DNA of 13,633 nt, taken from the NCBI GenBank assembly GCA_023269855.1, contig JAGDWP010000109.1, positions 1 through 13,633 on the forward strand, given 5' to 3'. This DNA comes from Nitrososphaerales archaeon (GTDB lineage Archaea; Thermoproteota; Nitrososphaeria_A; Caldarchaeales; Wolframiiraptoraceae). The translations under genes and the position numbers were made by a program. Below, piece by piece: positions 5,877 to 13,633 of this stretch (within the stretch, counting starts at the first letter, position 1; every line of letters starts with the position of its first letter). Under the pieces are notes generated by a model. The model did no database searches. It saw nothing but the letters and a program-made list of their open reading frames with translations, and had not been told where the DNA came from.

Positions 5877-6499
5877 ATACCTGTAAACTTGAAGGATATC
5901 GATTTTCTCTTATACTTCTTGTTCATGTAGATTAGTAAGTGGGTGAAGTTCTCTATTATCTTTGAATATTCTATTGGGCCACAGTCGAAGGCTCTTACCC
6001 CCGGTATCTTTTCTGCAAGTTCCAGTGCGATCTTCTTTGCTTCACCGTCACCGCATACTGGGACGTCGCATTCAACTTCTTTCTCAAGGTCTAAGAGTGC
6101 TTTATAACTAATATTATGAAATGCTGAAGCTAAATATGTCGTTCTTGGAATGAGTCCTCTTAAGATCTCTCCAGCAGATTTTTGAGAGAAGATCGGTGAA
6201 ACAATAGTTGAGATAACTATTTTTCCATTTAGGTGTTGAGAGATACTTTCAATTATGTTCTTCATTCCCTCAAAAGGTATTGTTAAGACGATTACATCAG
6301 ATACTTTAGCTACTTCTTCATTTGTTGATCCTTTTACTTCTCTTCCTATCTTATCTGTTATCTCTTTAGCTATAGTGGAGGCTTTCTCTCTGTATCGTGA
6401 TCCTATGAGTATGTTCAGAGATGCTTTAGCCCATCTCAACGCAAGCCCACGACCGAGATTACCTGTCCCACCTATCAACCCAACAATCCTACAGCTCAA
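5873..6499 (-). CDS. NADP oxidoreductase of the coenzyme F420-dependent family (NpdG-like)
   Basis: RIVGLIGGTGNLGRGLALRWA...ILIGSR is a Rossmann N-terminus typical of NpdG. The start must be non-ATG (TTG at 6499), because the GxGxxG motif is at residues 9-14 and the first Met is near residue 79. Its stop overlaps the stop of the convergent LysE gene (5873-5876). Confidence 0.75.
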   Translation of the reverse strand: MSCRIVGLIGGTGNLGRGLALRWAKASLNILIGSRYREKASTIAKEITDKIGREVKGSTNEEVAKVSDVIVLTIPFEGMKNIIESISQHLNGKIVISTIVSPIFSQKSAGEILRGLIPRTTYLASAFHNISYKALLDLEKEVECDVPVCGDGEAKKIALELAEKIPGVRAFDCGPIEYSKIIENFTHLLIYMNKKYKRKSISFKFTGI

Positions 6500-6727
6500 C
6501 TAACAATCATCTCCTATATACTGTTTTAAAATTTAATCAAAGTAACTGATTACTGCACTGGATAAATTAAGTGACTTATAAATATTAAAAGTTATTCTGA
6601 CCTAATTACATATCTGAGAAGATGTTGTAAATTCAAGGTCAACAGTCTATCTTGTGAGTGTTTAATGTATTTTGAGGGAGATGTTTTTCTTTCTCTGTAT
6701 GTATGACCTTCTTTGTTATTGACGTAC

Positions 6728-7867
6728 CTATATTCTGTATTCTACTATGTTTGTAAGTGTTTCTTCTACTGCTTCTTCTAGATTGTATTTCTCCCATATT
6801 TCTTTCAGTTGATTTGCATCTGCTCTTGTTTCCGGATGTCGGGCTATGATTGCACAACAGTCTCTATATTCTTCTATGCTTAATTGGTAGGTTCCAATCT
6901 TCTTGGAAAGGTCTACTATCTCTTGTTTATTCATCCCAATTAACGGTCTATATATTGGTGTCTGCGAAAAAGCATTCACAGCATATAGGTTCTCTAATGT
7001 TTGGGATGCTACTTGACCTAAGCTATCTCCTGTGACAATTCCTAAGTATCCTCTGTTTCTCGCTATCCTATCAGCGAGTCTTATCATGTATGCTCTAAAA
7101 GATACCAAGATCATTCTCGGAGGGAGATCGAATGATTTTAGGAAGAATGGCTTGAAGGATGCTAAATATAATGTTAACCCTAAACTATACTCTGATAGCT
7201 TTCTAGCGATCTTGCCTATCTTTGTCTCCATTACTTCATCATGGGTTAAAAATGAATGGATGTGTAGTAAGTCAACATTGCATCCACGTTTCATCATTAA
7301 CCAAGCAGCTACAGGAGAATCTATTCCTCCAGATAATAGAGACAAAATTTTCCCTGAAGATCCAGTCGGTAAACCACCCAATCCAGCAATCTTATCAAAG
7401 AATAAATAGAATCCATCTTCAGTAATATGGATGTAAACGGTCTTTTCAGGATTTTCTAAATCTACTTTAAGATTAAGTCTATTCGAGATTTTTCTACCGA
7501 GATTCTCTGCAAGTTCAATAGATGTTATTGGAAACGTCTTATCACTTCTTTTAACAGATATCTTGAAGCTTTTAATATTCTCCTGTCTTAAGACTTCGAT
7601 TATTTTCCGTTCTAGTTCTTCGATGTCTTTCTTTATATGTATCGCTGGCGCGCACCAAACTACTCCGAACACTTTCTGAATTTTTTCACATAGTGTCTTC
7701 CAATCATCATTTTCCAATCTTAAAACGAGTCTTCCTCTAAGTCTTCTAAGCTTCCTACCTAGCTTCTTCTCAAGATTTGCTTTCAATAATTTTTCATAGT
7801 ATGGTCTCTTGCCACGTTTTAAGGCGATTTCCCCATAGTGGATAACGATTGAATTATAATAAGTCAT
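6728..7867 (-). CDS. thiI: tRNA 4-thiouridine synthase / thiamine biosynthesis protein ThiI
   Basis: The N-terminus IVIHYGEIALKRGKR precedes a THUMP region, followed by the PP-loop LLSGGIDSPVAAW. There is no C-terminal rhodanese domain, as is usual in archaea. Confidence 0.9.
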   Translation of the reverse strand: MTYYNSIVIHYGEIALKRGKRPYYEKLLKANLEKKLGRKLRRLRGRLVLRLENDDWKTLCEKIQKVFGVVWCAPAIHIKKDIEELERKIIEVLRQENIKSFKISVKRSDKTFPITSIELAENLGRKISNRLNLKVDLENPEKTVYIHITEDGFYLFFDKIAGLGGLPTGSSGKILSLLSGGIDSPVAAWLMMKRGCNVDLLHIHSFLTHDEVMETKIGKIARKLSEYSLGLTLYLASFKPFFLKSFDLPPRMILVSFRAYMIRLADRIARNRGYLGIVTGDSLGQVASQTLENLYAVNAFSQTPIYRPLIGMNKQEIVDLSKKIGTYQLSIEEYRDCCAIIARHPETRADANQLKEIWEKYNLEEAVEETLTNIVEYRI

Positions 7868-7870
7868 TTT

Positions 7871-9166
7871 CTAACTCTCTTTATCTAACGTTCTTACCAG
7901 TTTCCCGATGAGGCAGTGGGGTCGAGCATCTACTATTTCTATTTCTACCTTCTTACCGAGTAAGCTGTGGCTGCATTCATTCTTTAATACTATAGGTTTG
8001 TAGTAAATGTTTCTAGCTATCGCTTCTCCCTTCTCTCCTACTTCGTCAACGAGTGCTGTTCCAGTCCACCCAATCCATTGGAGATTCTTCTTGTATGCAA
8101 TCTCTGTAGATATCTTTGTAATGTATACGCTTCTTTCTTTAATTGTTCGAGGATCTAGTTGGGGGAGATTCTCTGCTGGTGTATGTGGTCTAGGGAAAAA
8201 CTTAGAGATGTTAACTGAATCCGGTTCTATTTCTCTTATCAAGTTTACAGTTTCCTTGAAGTCTTCTTCATCTTCTCCCGGATATCCAACTATAATGTCT
8301 GTGGATAATGTAAGTTTCCCTATTTTGTTCCTCATGTATCTTATTATTTCTTTGAATGATGATATTGTATATCCTCTATTCATTGCTTTCAATATCTTGT
8401 CAGACCCTGATTGAGCGGGTAGATGGAGGAATTTGTAAACTTTAGGGTGAAGATAGGCTTCAGCTAATTCACTTATTATTGGTCTCAAGTATATTGGATT
8501 CATCATGCCTACTCTTAACCAGAAGTCTCCTGGGAGAGATGCTATACTCTTAATTAGTTCTGGAAGCATATTTCTTCCAAGATCTAATCCGTAGCTACCC
8601 ATATCCTGACTTGTTAGCCAGACTTCTCTAACACCTACTGATATTAGTCTTGAAGCTTCGTGTATAATTTTATCCATTGGATAGCTTGTGAACTTCCCCC
8701 TCGTGTAAGGGACTATACAGAACCCGCATCTGCTCCATCTACATCCTTCAGATACTGGAACTATCCCTACAACTCTATTCTTTAATACTCTACTTCTTCC
8801 AAGTTTATCTAAGCCGTCCTCTACCATTAAGTCTTTTCCAGTCTCTACTGCTTCTAGGATGCGTGTTATAGCTCTTGGATGAACTAGTATAGCGTTGGGT
8901 TCGACTCGTTTTACTTTTTTTCTCTCTCCCGAAGCCATACATCCAGTTACGATAATCTTCTTCCCATAGGTTTTTAACACCCTGATTCTGTGGAGCATTC
9001 TATCACTAGTAGGCTTCTTAACCGTACATGTTACAAGCAGGATAATGTCTGAGTCTTCAGGCTTATCTACTATATCCCAGTTAGCATCCTTGAATATTCC
9101 TAAAGCTATCTCTCCATCAGCTATGTTCGCTGTACATCCATAGATTTCAGCATATAGTTTCCCCAT
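7871..9166 (-). CDS. Radical-SAM tRNA methylthiotransferase (MiaB/MtaB/CDKAL1-like)
   Basis: The N-terminal MTTase domain has three Cys (YGCTAN, LVTCTV, VTGCMA). A radical-SAM core (EGCRWSRCGFCIVPYTRG) and a C-terminal TRAM-like domain follow. I place the start at ATG 9166 (MGKLYAEIYGC is a family-typical N-terminus). The track's TTG at 9220 would add 18 non-conserved residues. Confidence 0.85.
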   Translation of the reverse strand: MGKLYAEIYGCTANIADGEIALGIFKDANWDIVDKPEDSDIILLVTCTVKKPTSDRMLHRIRVLKTYGKKIIVTGCMASGERKKVKRVEPNAILVHPRAITRILEAVETGKDLMVEDGLDKLGRSRVLKNRVVGIVPVSEGCRWSRCGFCIVPYTRGKFTSYPMDKIIHEASRLISVGVREVWLTSQDMGSYGLDLGRNMLPELIKSIASLPGDFWLRVGMMNPIYLRPIISELAEAYLHPKVYKFLHLPAQSGSDKILKAMNRGYTISSFKEIIRYMRNKIGKLTLSTDIIVGYPGEDEEDFKETVNLIREIEPDSVNISKFFPRPHTPAENLPQLDPRTIKERSVYITKISTEIAYKKNLQWIGWTGTALVDEVGEKGEAIARNIYYKPIVLKNECSHSLLGKKVEIEIVDARPHCLIGKLVRTLDKES

Positions 9167-9225
9167 TCCTCCAAGTTTCCATACGTAGAGGGGAAATAAA
9201 AAAGATAGCGAATCCTCCAAGATAC

Positions 9226-9834
9226 CTACTGGCTTGAACTTAACGTTAGTAGAATCCGTCGAATCTTATGGACTTCTTTATCTACTAACTCTGACAGCAT
9301 GTTTATTCCATCTTCTTCTCCTAGAGATTGAATAAATTTTGGACCCAGGAGTTTAATCATTTCATATTTTTCCCATGGGTAGACTATCCATGCATCTGCT
9401 ATCCTGACATAGTAGTCTGGCTTAAATTTACTCCAAGGCTTTATATGTAATGTGGCTGTACGATACTCTAGAGGATTCTTCGGAATAATCAATTGTTCTA
9501 TTATAGTCTTTAACGTCTCCCCACTATCTGCAACGTCATCCACGACCAATACTTTCCTGTCTTTGAGGTCGTCTATTATGAGGGGATGGTATACTCTAAC
9601 CTGAGAGCGTTTATAGATATCTGTATAGCTTGAGCACCCTATAGGATATATTTCATCTATACTAAGTATATCCGATAAGAGGTGAGCAACAATCATTCCA
9701 CCTCTAAGTACCCCGATCAATGTATCGAAACGATAGCTACTTATGATTTTTTCTGCCAGTTCTTCTGCGAGTTCTTCAAGCGTCTTCCATGAGATTTTAA
9801 GATATTTTGATTCACCGAGTCTGTAAATATCCAT
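9226..9834 (-). CDS. Purine (hypoxanthine/guanine/xanthine-type) phosphoribosyltransferase
   Basis: The PRPP-binding motif KVLVVDDVADSGETL and the upstream GVLRGG loop indicate a type I PRTase fold. Substrate specificity is not determinable here. Confidence 0.8.
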   Translation of the reverse strand: MDIYRLGESKYLKISWKTLEELAEELAEKIISSYRFDTLIGVLRGGMIVAHLLSDILSIDEIYPIGCSSYTDIYKRSQVRVYHPLIIDDLKDRKVLVVDDVADSGETLKTIIEQLIIPKNPLEYRTATLHIKPWSKFKPDYYVRIADAWIVYPWEKYEMIKLLGPKFIQSLGEEDGINMLSELVDKEVHKIRRILLTLSSSQ

Positions 9835-9918
9835 ACAAATAATGAGTATGTCTCAAATAAATAATTTAAGCTGGTCAAGTGAACACATATGTTCTCACAT
9901 TTTACTAAAGTATTATGT

Positions 9919-10767
9919 CTAGACTTCCTCTAACTGGTCTGACTCCATCAGTATCTTTTTTATAAAACCGATTTCCCTATATGTTTTTAACTCTCTCTTA
10001 ATGAATTCCCTAAGTCTATCATAGTTTTGCAGAGAAAGTAAATTGTCTACTTCATTTATTTCATTCAGTAGTTCCGTGGACAATTCCTTTGTACCGGTAT
10101 TGTAGAATAGTATTGATGTGAATGTATCTAAACTCTCCGTTAGAGTTGAATCGAGCATCTTACACATATGTTTAAAACTTGAACCTGCAAGTTTTTCTAG
10201 GCCTCTCTGGTCTTTAACAGTCTTCAGAGTCTTTACTACGATTAGAGAGAGAAGATGAGTTAGTGATAAAATATATGTCATTGCTTTATCATGCTCTTCA
10301 ACAGTTGTTTCAACGATTCCTGCTCCAGGCATTAATACCTCAACTATTTTTCTTTCTTCTAGACTATTCCTCACAGGTATGAGAGCTATCTTTTGATTTT
10401 CTAATGTTCGAGTTCTTGGACCGAATAATGGATGAATACAGACAGTATTCAATCTTTCTGGAAGACTCTTCAAAATATCATATACTGGCTTTTTTAATGA
10501 TGAAATATCTATTATCGTGCCACTAATCATGTGTTTAGAAGCTTCCTCTATTACTTGGCATACAGCATTTATTGGAACAGCAACAATTACATATTCAACA
10601 TCTTCTACGGCTTCCTTAATATTACTACATCTAACTACTTTCAGTAATCTTAGTTCCTCAATCTTCCTAGAATCTACATCATATACTTTAACCTTGAAGC
10701 CCTGATTAAGATACCGTTCTACAAACCATCTACCAAAAGCGCCTAGACCGATGACGGCAATATTCAT
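9919..10767 (-). CDS. tyrA: Prephenate (or arogenate) dehydrogenase
   Basis: The Rossmann start is MNIAVIGLGAFG. The catalytic region HPLFGP is present, along with a TyrA-type helical C-terminal domain. Confidence 0.85.
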   Translation of the reverse strand: MNIAVIGLGAFGRWFVERYLNQGFKVKVYDVDSRKIEELRLLKVVRCSNIKEAVEDVEYVIVAVPINAVCQVIEEASKHMISGTIIDISSLKKPVYDILKSLPERLNTVCIHPLFGPRTRTLENQKIALIPVRNSLEERKIVEVLMPGAGIVETTVEEHDKAMTYILSLTHLLSLIVVKTLKTVKDQRGLEKLAGSSFKHMCKMLDSTLTESLDTFTSILFYNTGTKELSTELLNEINEVDNLLSLQNYDRLREFIKRELKTYREIGFIKKILMESDQLEEV

Positions 10768-10792
10768 AACTTAATAAGACCATGGACTAGAA
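10758..10792 (-). repeat. Copy B of the dispersed promoter-like module (tyrA start codon plus operator-like CCATGG core)
   Basis: See 4120-4170. It contains the first 10 nt of tyrA (ATGAATATTG on the minus strand) and TTCTAGTCCATGGTCTTATTAA, located between the TATA-like box and the ATG. Confidence 0.8.
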
Positions 10793-10799
10793 GATAAAA
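10793..10799 (-). promoter_or_regulatory. TATA-like box of tyrA (near-leaderless transcript predicted)
   Basis: The minus strand reads TTTTATC at -26 to -32 relative to the A of ATG 10767. This matches archaeal TATA spacing when the TSS lies at or near the start codon. Confidence 0.4.
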
Positions 10800-10877
10800 G
10801 TAACTTAAGGAAAAATGTGAATCTCTATGATTACCTACACATCCTTCTTAATCTTGAGTCGATCAGGATAACTACAT

Positions 10878-12287
10878 TTATTGGAGTAAAGAGATTGCTT
10901 GATTTAGTTTTTCTAAACCTATCTTAATTTCTTCTATTGGTTTTACTGCTGAAAGCCGTATATGCTGTCTGTATGGTCCGAAGCCTGAGCCTGGAGCTAC
11001 AGCGACACTATGTTCTTTCAGTAAGTTTAATGCGAAGTCTGATGAATTGAATGCTGGAAGATCAATCTTTGGGAAGAGATAGAAAGTTCCATCAGATGGG
11101 TAGACTTTTATTAAGCTATTCCTTGAAAGCATATTAAGAATGTAGTTTATTCTCTTCTTTGTTTCCTCGATATTTTTCTTAACGTATTCATCATCTTGTA
11201 GAGCTTTAAGTGCAGCTCTCTGGATAAACTCAGGGATGCATGTTATCATCAATCCTAGTATATAAGCTGCTTTATCAATGAATTCTTTTTCACCTATTAG
11301 GTATCCTATCCTGTATCCTGTCATCCCCCACATCTTAGAGAATGAGCCAACTAAAACGTATCCGCTATCAAGTATCTGAACGATGCTTGGAGCATAGCTA
11401 TCGTGGAAATAGTATTGGGAATAGACTTCATCACTTATAATTGTTAAACCACATTCATGAGCTTCTTCAACAAGATTCTTTAACTCATGGAGACTTAATG
11501 CACGTCCAGTAGGATTATTCGGATAATTAATTATTAACAGTTTAGATGAATCGGTAACGTTTTCCTGTAACATTCCATTTCTCAACGTCCATTTATCTTC
11601 AAGGCTTGTTCTTAAAGGAACATATCTTCTACCAAGATGCTCAGCAATCTGTCTATATAGAGGCCATGCAGGTTCAGGAACTATGACTTCATCACCTAGA
11701 CTAGATAAAACTTGTATAGATATGTAGATGGCCATAACTCCTCCACCTGTTACGAGTACATTTTCAGGCTTGAAATCCGTCCCATATATAGTATTTATTC
11801 TTTCAGCAATACCTCTTCTCAACTCTATTATTCCATAAGATGAGAGGTATCTCGACTTTCCTTCTCTTAAAGCATTGCATGTTTCTTGAATGACATCTAT
11901 TGGAGCTGTAAAGTCTGGTTCACCAATCTCCAGTCTAATAACTTTTCTACCTGATTTCTCTAGTTCCAAAGCCATATAGAAGATCTCTCTTAACCCAACT
12001 TCTTTTGTCCTATCAACCTTTTCCTCTTGAGCTTTGACAGAATCAGAAATTAGTAGAGATATTAATCTCCTCGTAAAATCTCTATCCAATCCAAGCTCCT
12101 CAGCATATTTTAGAGAATCATTTAGTAGTTCAGCTTCTATACGTCTATCTAGGACTTCTAATCCCAGCTTAGATTTAATATCACCAATCTTTAATGATAG
12201 ACTTCTCCTCTCAGCGGCAAGTCTTAGGATCTCTTTCGTAATTCTTTTGATTTCACCTCGAATGTTGTTGGCTTCCAGTTCACTCAT
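10878..12287 (-). CDS. Bifunctional chorismate mutase (AroQ) / class I aminotransferase fusion
   Basis: Residues 1 to about 90 (IRGEIKRITKEILRLAAERRSLSLKIGDIKSK...VLDRRIEAELL...KAQEE) follow the AroQ CM_2 pattern. Residues from about 105 to 469 form an AspC-like aminotransferase (IGEPDF, YPNNPTG, SFSKMWGMTGYRIGY with the PLP lysine, IRLS). Confidence 0.85.
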   Translation of the reverse strand: MSELEANNIRGEIKRITKEILRLAAERRSLSLKIGDIKSKLGLEVLDRRIEAELLNDSLKYAEELGLDRDFTRRLISLLISDSVKAQEEKVDRTKEVGLREIFYMALELEKSGRKVIRLEIGEPDFTAPIDVIQETCNALREGKSRYLSSYGIIELRRGIAERINTIYGTDFKPENVLVTGGGVMAIYISIQVLSSLGDEVIVPEPAWPLYRQIAEHLGRRYVPLRTSLEDKWTLRNGMLQENVTDSSKLLIINYPNNPTGRALSLHELKNLVEEAHECGLTIISDEVYSQYYFHDSYAPSIVQILDSGYVLVGSFSKMWGMTGYRIGYLIGEKEFIDKAAYILGLMITCIPEFIQRAALKALQDDEYVKKNIEETKKRINYILNMLSRNSLIKVYPSDGTFYLFPKIDLPAFNSSDFALNLLKEHSVAVAPGSGFGPYRQHIRLSAVKPIEEIKIGLEKLNQAISLLQ

Positions 12288-12326
12288 AACAGTTTACATA
12301 ATATAAAAGAAATTATTAACTATATG

Positions 12327-13610
12327 CTATTCTGGGAGCCCTAGAAGTCTTTGAAAGTGCTCAAGTCTTCTCTCGAAATGTTTTAGAAATTTCCTAAGCT
12401 TGAGGTATTTCAAAGTCAGGATTGTTAATGATAGGAAGAGCATTATCGATATTGAAAACGAAACTGTCTTCAATACGTCATACTTCTCAATAACTACATT
12501 GATGCTGTATATTATCCATGAGGTATCTCCTGTAGTGGGGTCTCCAACTGTCCCTGCAATATAGATGTGTTCATTATCATTAGATACTTCTCCAAAGACT
12601 GGGAAAGCTGTAGCGAAACATGAGGTAGCGTATAGGCTAGAAATCAATCTTAGGTTAATTACCCAGTGGTCTTGTAGATGGAGATTTTCGTCGAAGAAGT
12701 ATATGGATGGTCTCCACTCTCCATCTTTGAGATCTATATCAAAAGAGTATAGTTTACTATTAATCCATGTTACACCATATCTTGCTGGAATACTACTAAT
12801 GGAGACGTTTTCACCATCTTTATCGTATTTCAAAATGTTGACCCCACTGATAAATGCGTCTCCTTCATGATTAAAGACTAGGCTCTGCTTGAAACATCCA
12901 GTGAAAGGTTTCAAGATTCTAACTAGCTTCAAGTTAGAGTTCAGTATTTCTAATCGCCCATCACACTTTCGGCATCTTAATGCTTCATACCCTATAACCC
13001 ATACATCATTAGTAGCAGGATTAATCTTTACATCGAAAATTACATCGCATGAGTTTGTAGGGTTTGAAACATATTCTTGAACTAGTGAGAGATCTTTTAG
13101 GCTACGTTTCTCTATTCTCCATCTACAGTCTCCTCTAAGCATTTCTACTCCTCCTATATATAGATGGTCTTGATAGCTCGATATAGCTAATGCTATGTCA
13201 GGATTCTCAGAAGGATTCGAGAGAATATATTTAAAATTCTTAAGGTCTAAGTCGACAGCTAAGATTATCCAAGCTCTATCTTTATCTATATAGCTTGACC
13301 CGACTAGATAGAGGAAGTCTCCAACAATTAAGCAATCATGTATTGTATCTGAGGCTGAGAAACTGTGAACCCATACTTTAACAATTTCACCGTTAATCTT
13401 CAATCTTTTCTCTACACGAATTCTATATTGACTCAAATGTTGCTCTACACCGACAACATAAACATATTCTCTTTTTTCACAAACTGCATAAGCAATATCC
13501 CAACCATTAGATGGATTGGAAACTTTAACCCAAGATATTCTATTATCGTCAGAGTAACTATGCCCATCACTTATAATAGGGTTCTGAGCTAGGTAGTCTT
13601 TGGTGGACAT
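12327..13610 (-). CDS. Beta-propeller-like repeat protein with a C-terminal transmembrane anchor (hypothetical; possibly 5'-incomplete)
   Basis: Repeats of about 50 aa recur (NPSNGWDIAYAV..YVYVVG..YRIRVEKRL; NPSENPDIALAI..HLYIGG..RWRIEKRSL; NPTNSCDVIFDV..VWVIG). A C-terminal TM helix (VSFSISIMLFLSLTILTL) is followed by a basic tail. The reading frame stays open upstream of ATG 13610 to the window edge (NESQELR-M), so the true start may lie outside the window. Confidence 0.7.
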   Translation of the reverse strand: MSTKDYLAQNPIISDGHSYSDDNRISWVKVSNPSNGWDIAYAVCEKREYVYVVGVEQHLSQYRIRVEKRLKINGEIVKVWVHSFSASDTIHDCLIVGDFLYLVGSSYIDKDRAWIILAVDLDLKNFKYILSNPSENPDIALAISSYQDHLYIGGVEMLRGDCRWRIEKRSLKDLSLVQEYVSNPTNSCDVIFDVKINPATNDVWVIGYEALRCRKCDGRLEILNSNLKLVRILKPFTGCFKQSLVFNHEGDAFISGVNILKYDKDGENVSISSIPARYGVTWINSKLYSFDIDLKDGEWRPSIYFFDENLHLQDHWVINLRLISSLYATSCFATAFPVFGEVSNDNEHIYIAGTVGDPTTGDTSWIIYSINVVIEKYDVLKTVSFSISIMLFLSLTILTLKYLKLRKFLKHFERRLEHFQRLLGLPE

Positions 13611-13633
13611 ACGTAGCTCTTGGGATTCATTAG

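Noticed and set aside
6500-6727. 228-bp intergenic region scanned for a C/D-box sRNA or other ncRNA
   Set aside because: I found no RUGAUGA/CUGA box pairs on either strand at appropriate spacing, and no GC-rich island or convincing stem. It most likely holds just the promoter of the NpdG-like gene and the 3' region of thiI.
6255-7425. ORFs 6255..6503(+), 6639..6857(-), 6850..7035(+), 7032..7409(+), 7222..7425(+)
   Set aside because: All overlap or lie antisense to the NpdG-like and ThiI genes, or span intergenic AT-rich DNA. None has recognisable motifs.
8007-8414. 135-aa plus-strand ORF opposite the methylthiotransferase
   Set aside because: It is a shadow ORF of a well-supported radical-SAM gene.
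9167-9220. 18-codon N-terminal extension of the methylthiotransferase from TTG 9220
   Set aside because: The extension (MEDSLSFLFPLYVWKLGG) is not family-like, whereas ATG 9166 gives the typical MxKxYxExYGC start. It is kept as an alternative, because the short 5-nt gap to the upstream gene would also fit a compact operon.
10517-13592. Plus-strand ORFs 10517..10705, 12034..12306, 12565..12870, 12889..13080, 13365..13592
   Set aside because: All are antisense to tyrA, the CM-aminotransferase gene or the propeller gene. Their S/L/I-rich peptides are typical of shadow frames.
1-13633. CRISPR arrays, rRNA genes, and canonical defence or toxin-antitoxin gene pairs
   Set aside because: No regularly spaced direct repeats were seen on either strand. 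There is no rRNA-like GC-rich block, and no ORFs with recognisable defence-system or TA motifs.

Overview
AT-rich, tightly packed archaeal window. Archaeal origin is supported by an intron-containing tRNA with a bulge-helix-bulge splice motif, TATA-like boxes about 26-32 nt upstream of start codons, and crenarchaeal-type housekeeping families. About 12 kb is ordinary core metabolism and tRNA modification. On the + strand: an ABC-2 permease and a LysE-type exporter. On the - strand: citrate synthase, an OsmC-like protein, tRNA-His(GUG), an NpdG-like oxidoreductase, ThiI, a MiaB/MtaB-type methylthiotransferase, a purine phosphoribosyltransferase, prephenate dehydrogenase, a chorismate mutase-aminotransferase fusion, and a membrane-anchored beta-propeller repeat protein. 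The unusual part is the left 1.5 kb. A 298-aa ORF carries IS110-family DEDD recombinase-like motifs and is translationally coupled to an unidentified upstream ORF. It is followed by an unusually long 393-bp non-coding stretch. That stretch holds two GC-rich segments with alternative pairings spanning the ORF stop codon, a T6 tract, a start-less coiled-coil gene remnant on the opposite strand, and one copy of a perfect 31-bp direct repeat. The second copy of the repeat lies 137 bp downstream, inside the ABC-2 permease CDS. My leading hypothesis is a diverged archaeal IS110-like recombinase with a 3'-encoded guide-type (bridge/seek-like) RNA beside a rearrangement scar; this rests on by-eye motif reading and is unproven. 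I saw no CRISPR array, rRNA or clear defence genes.
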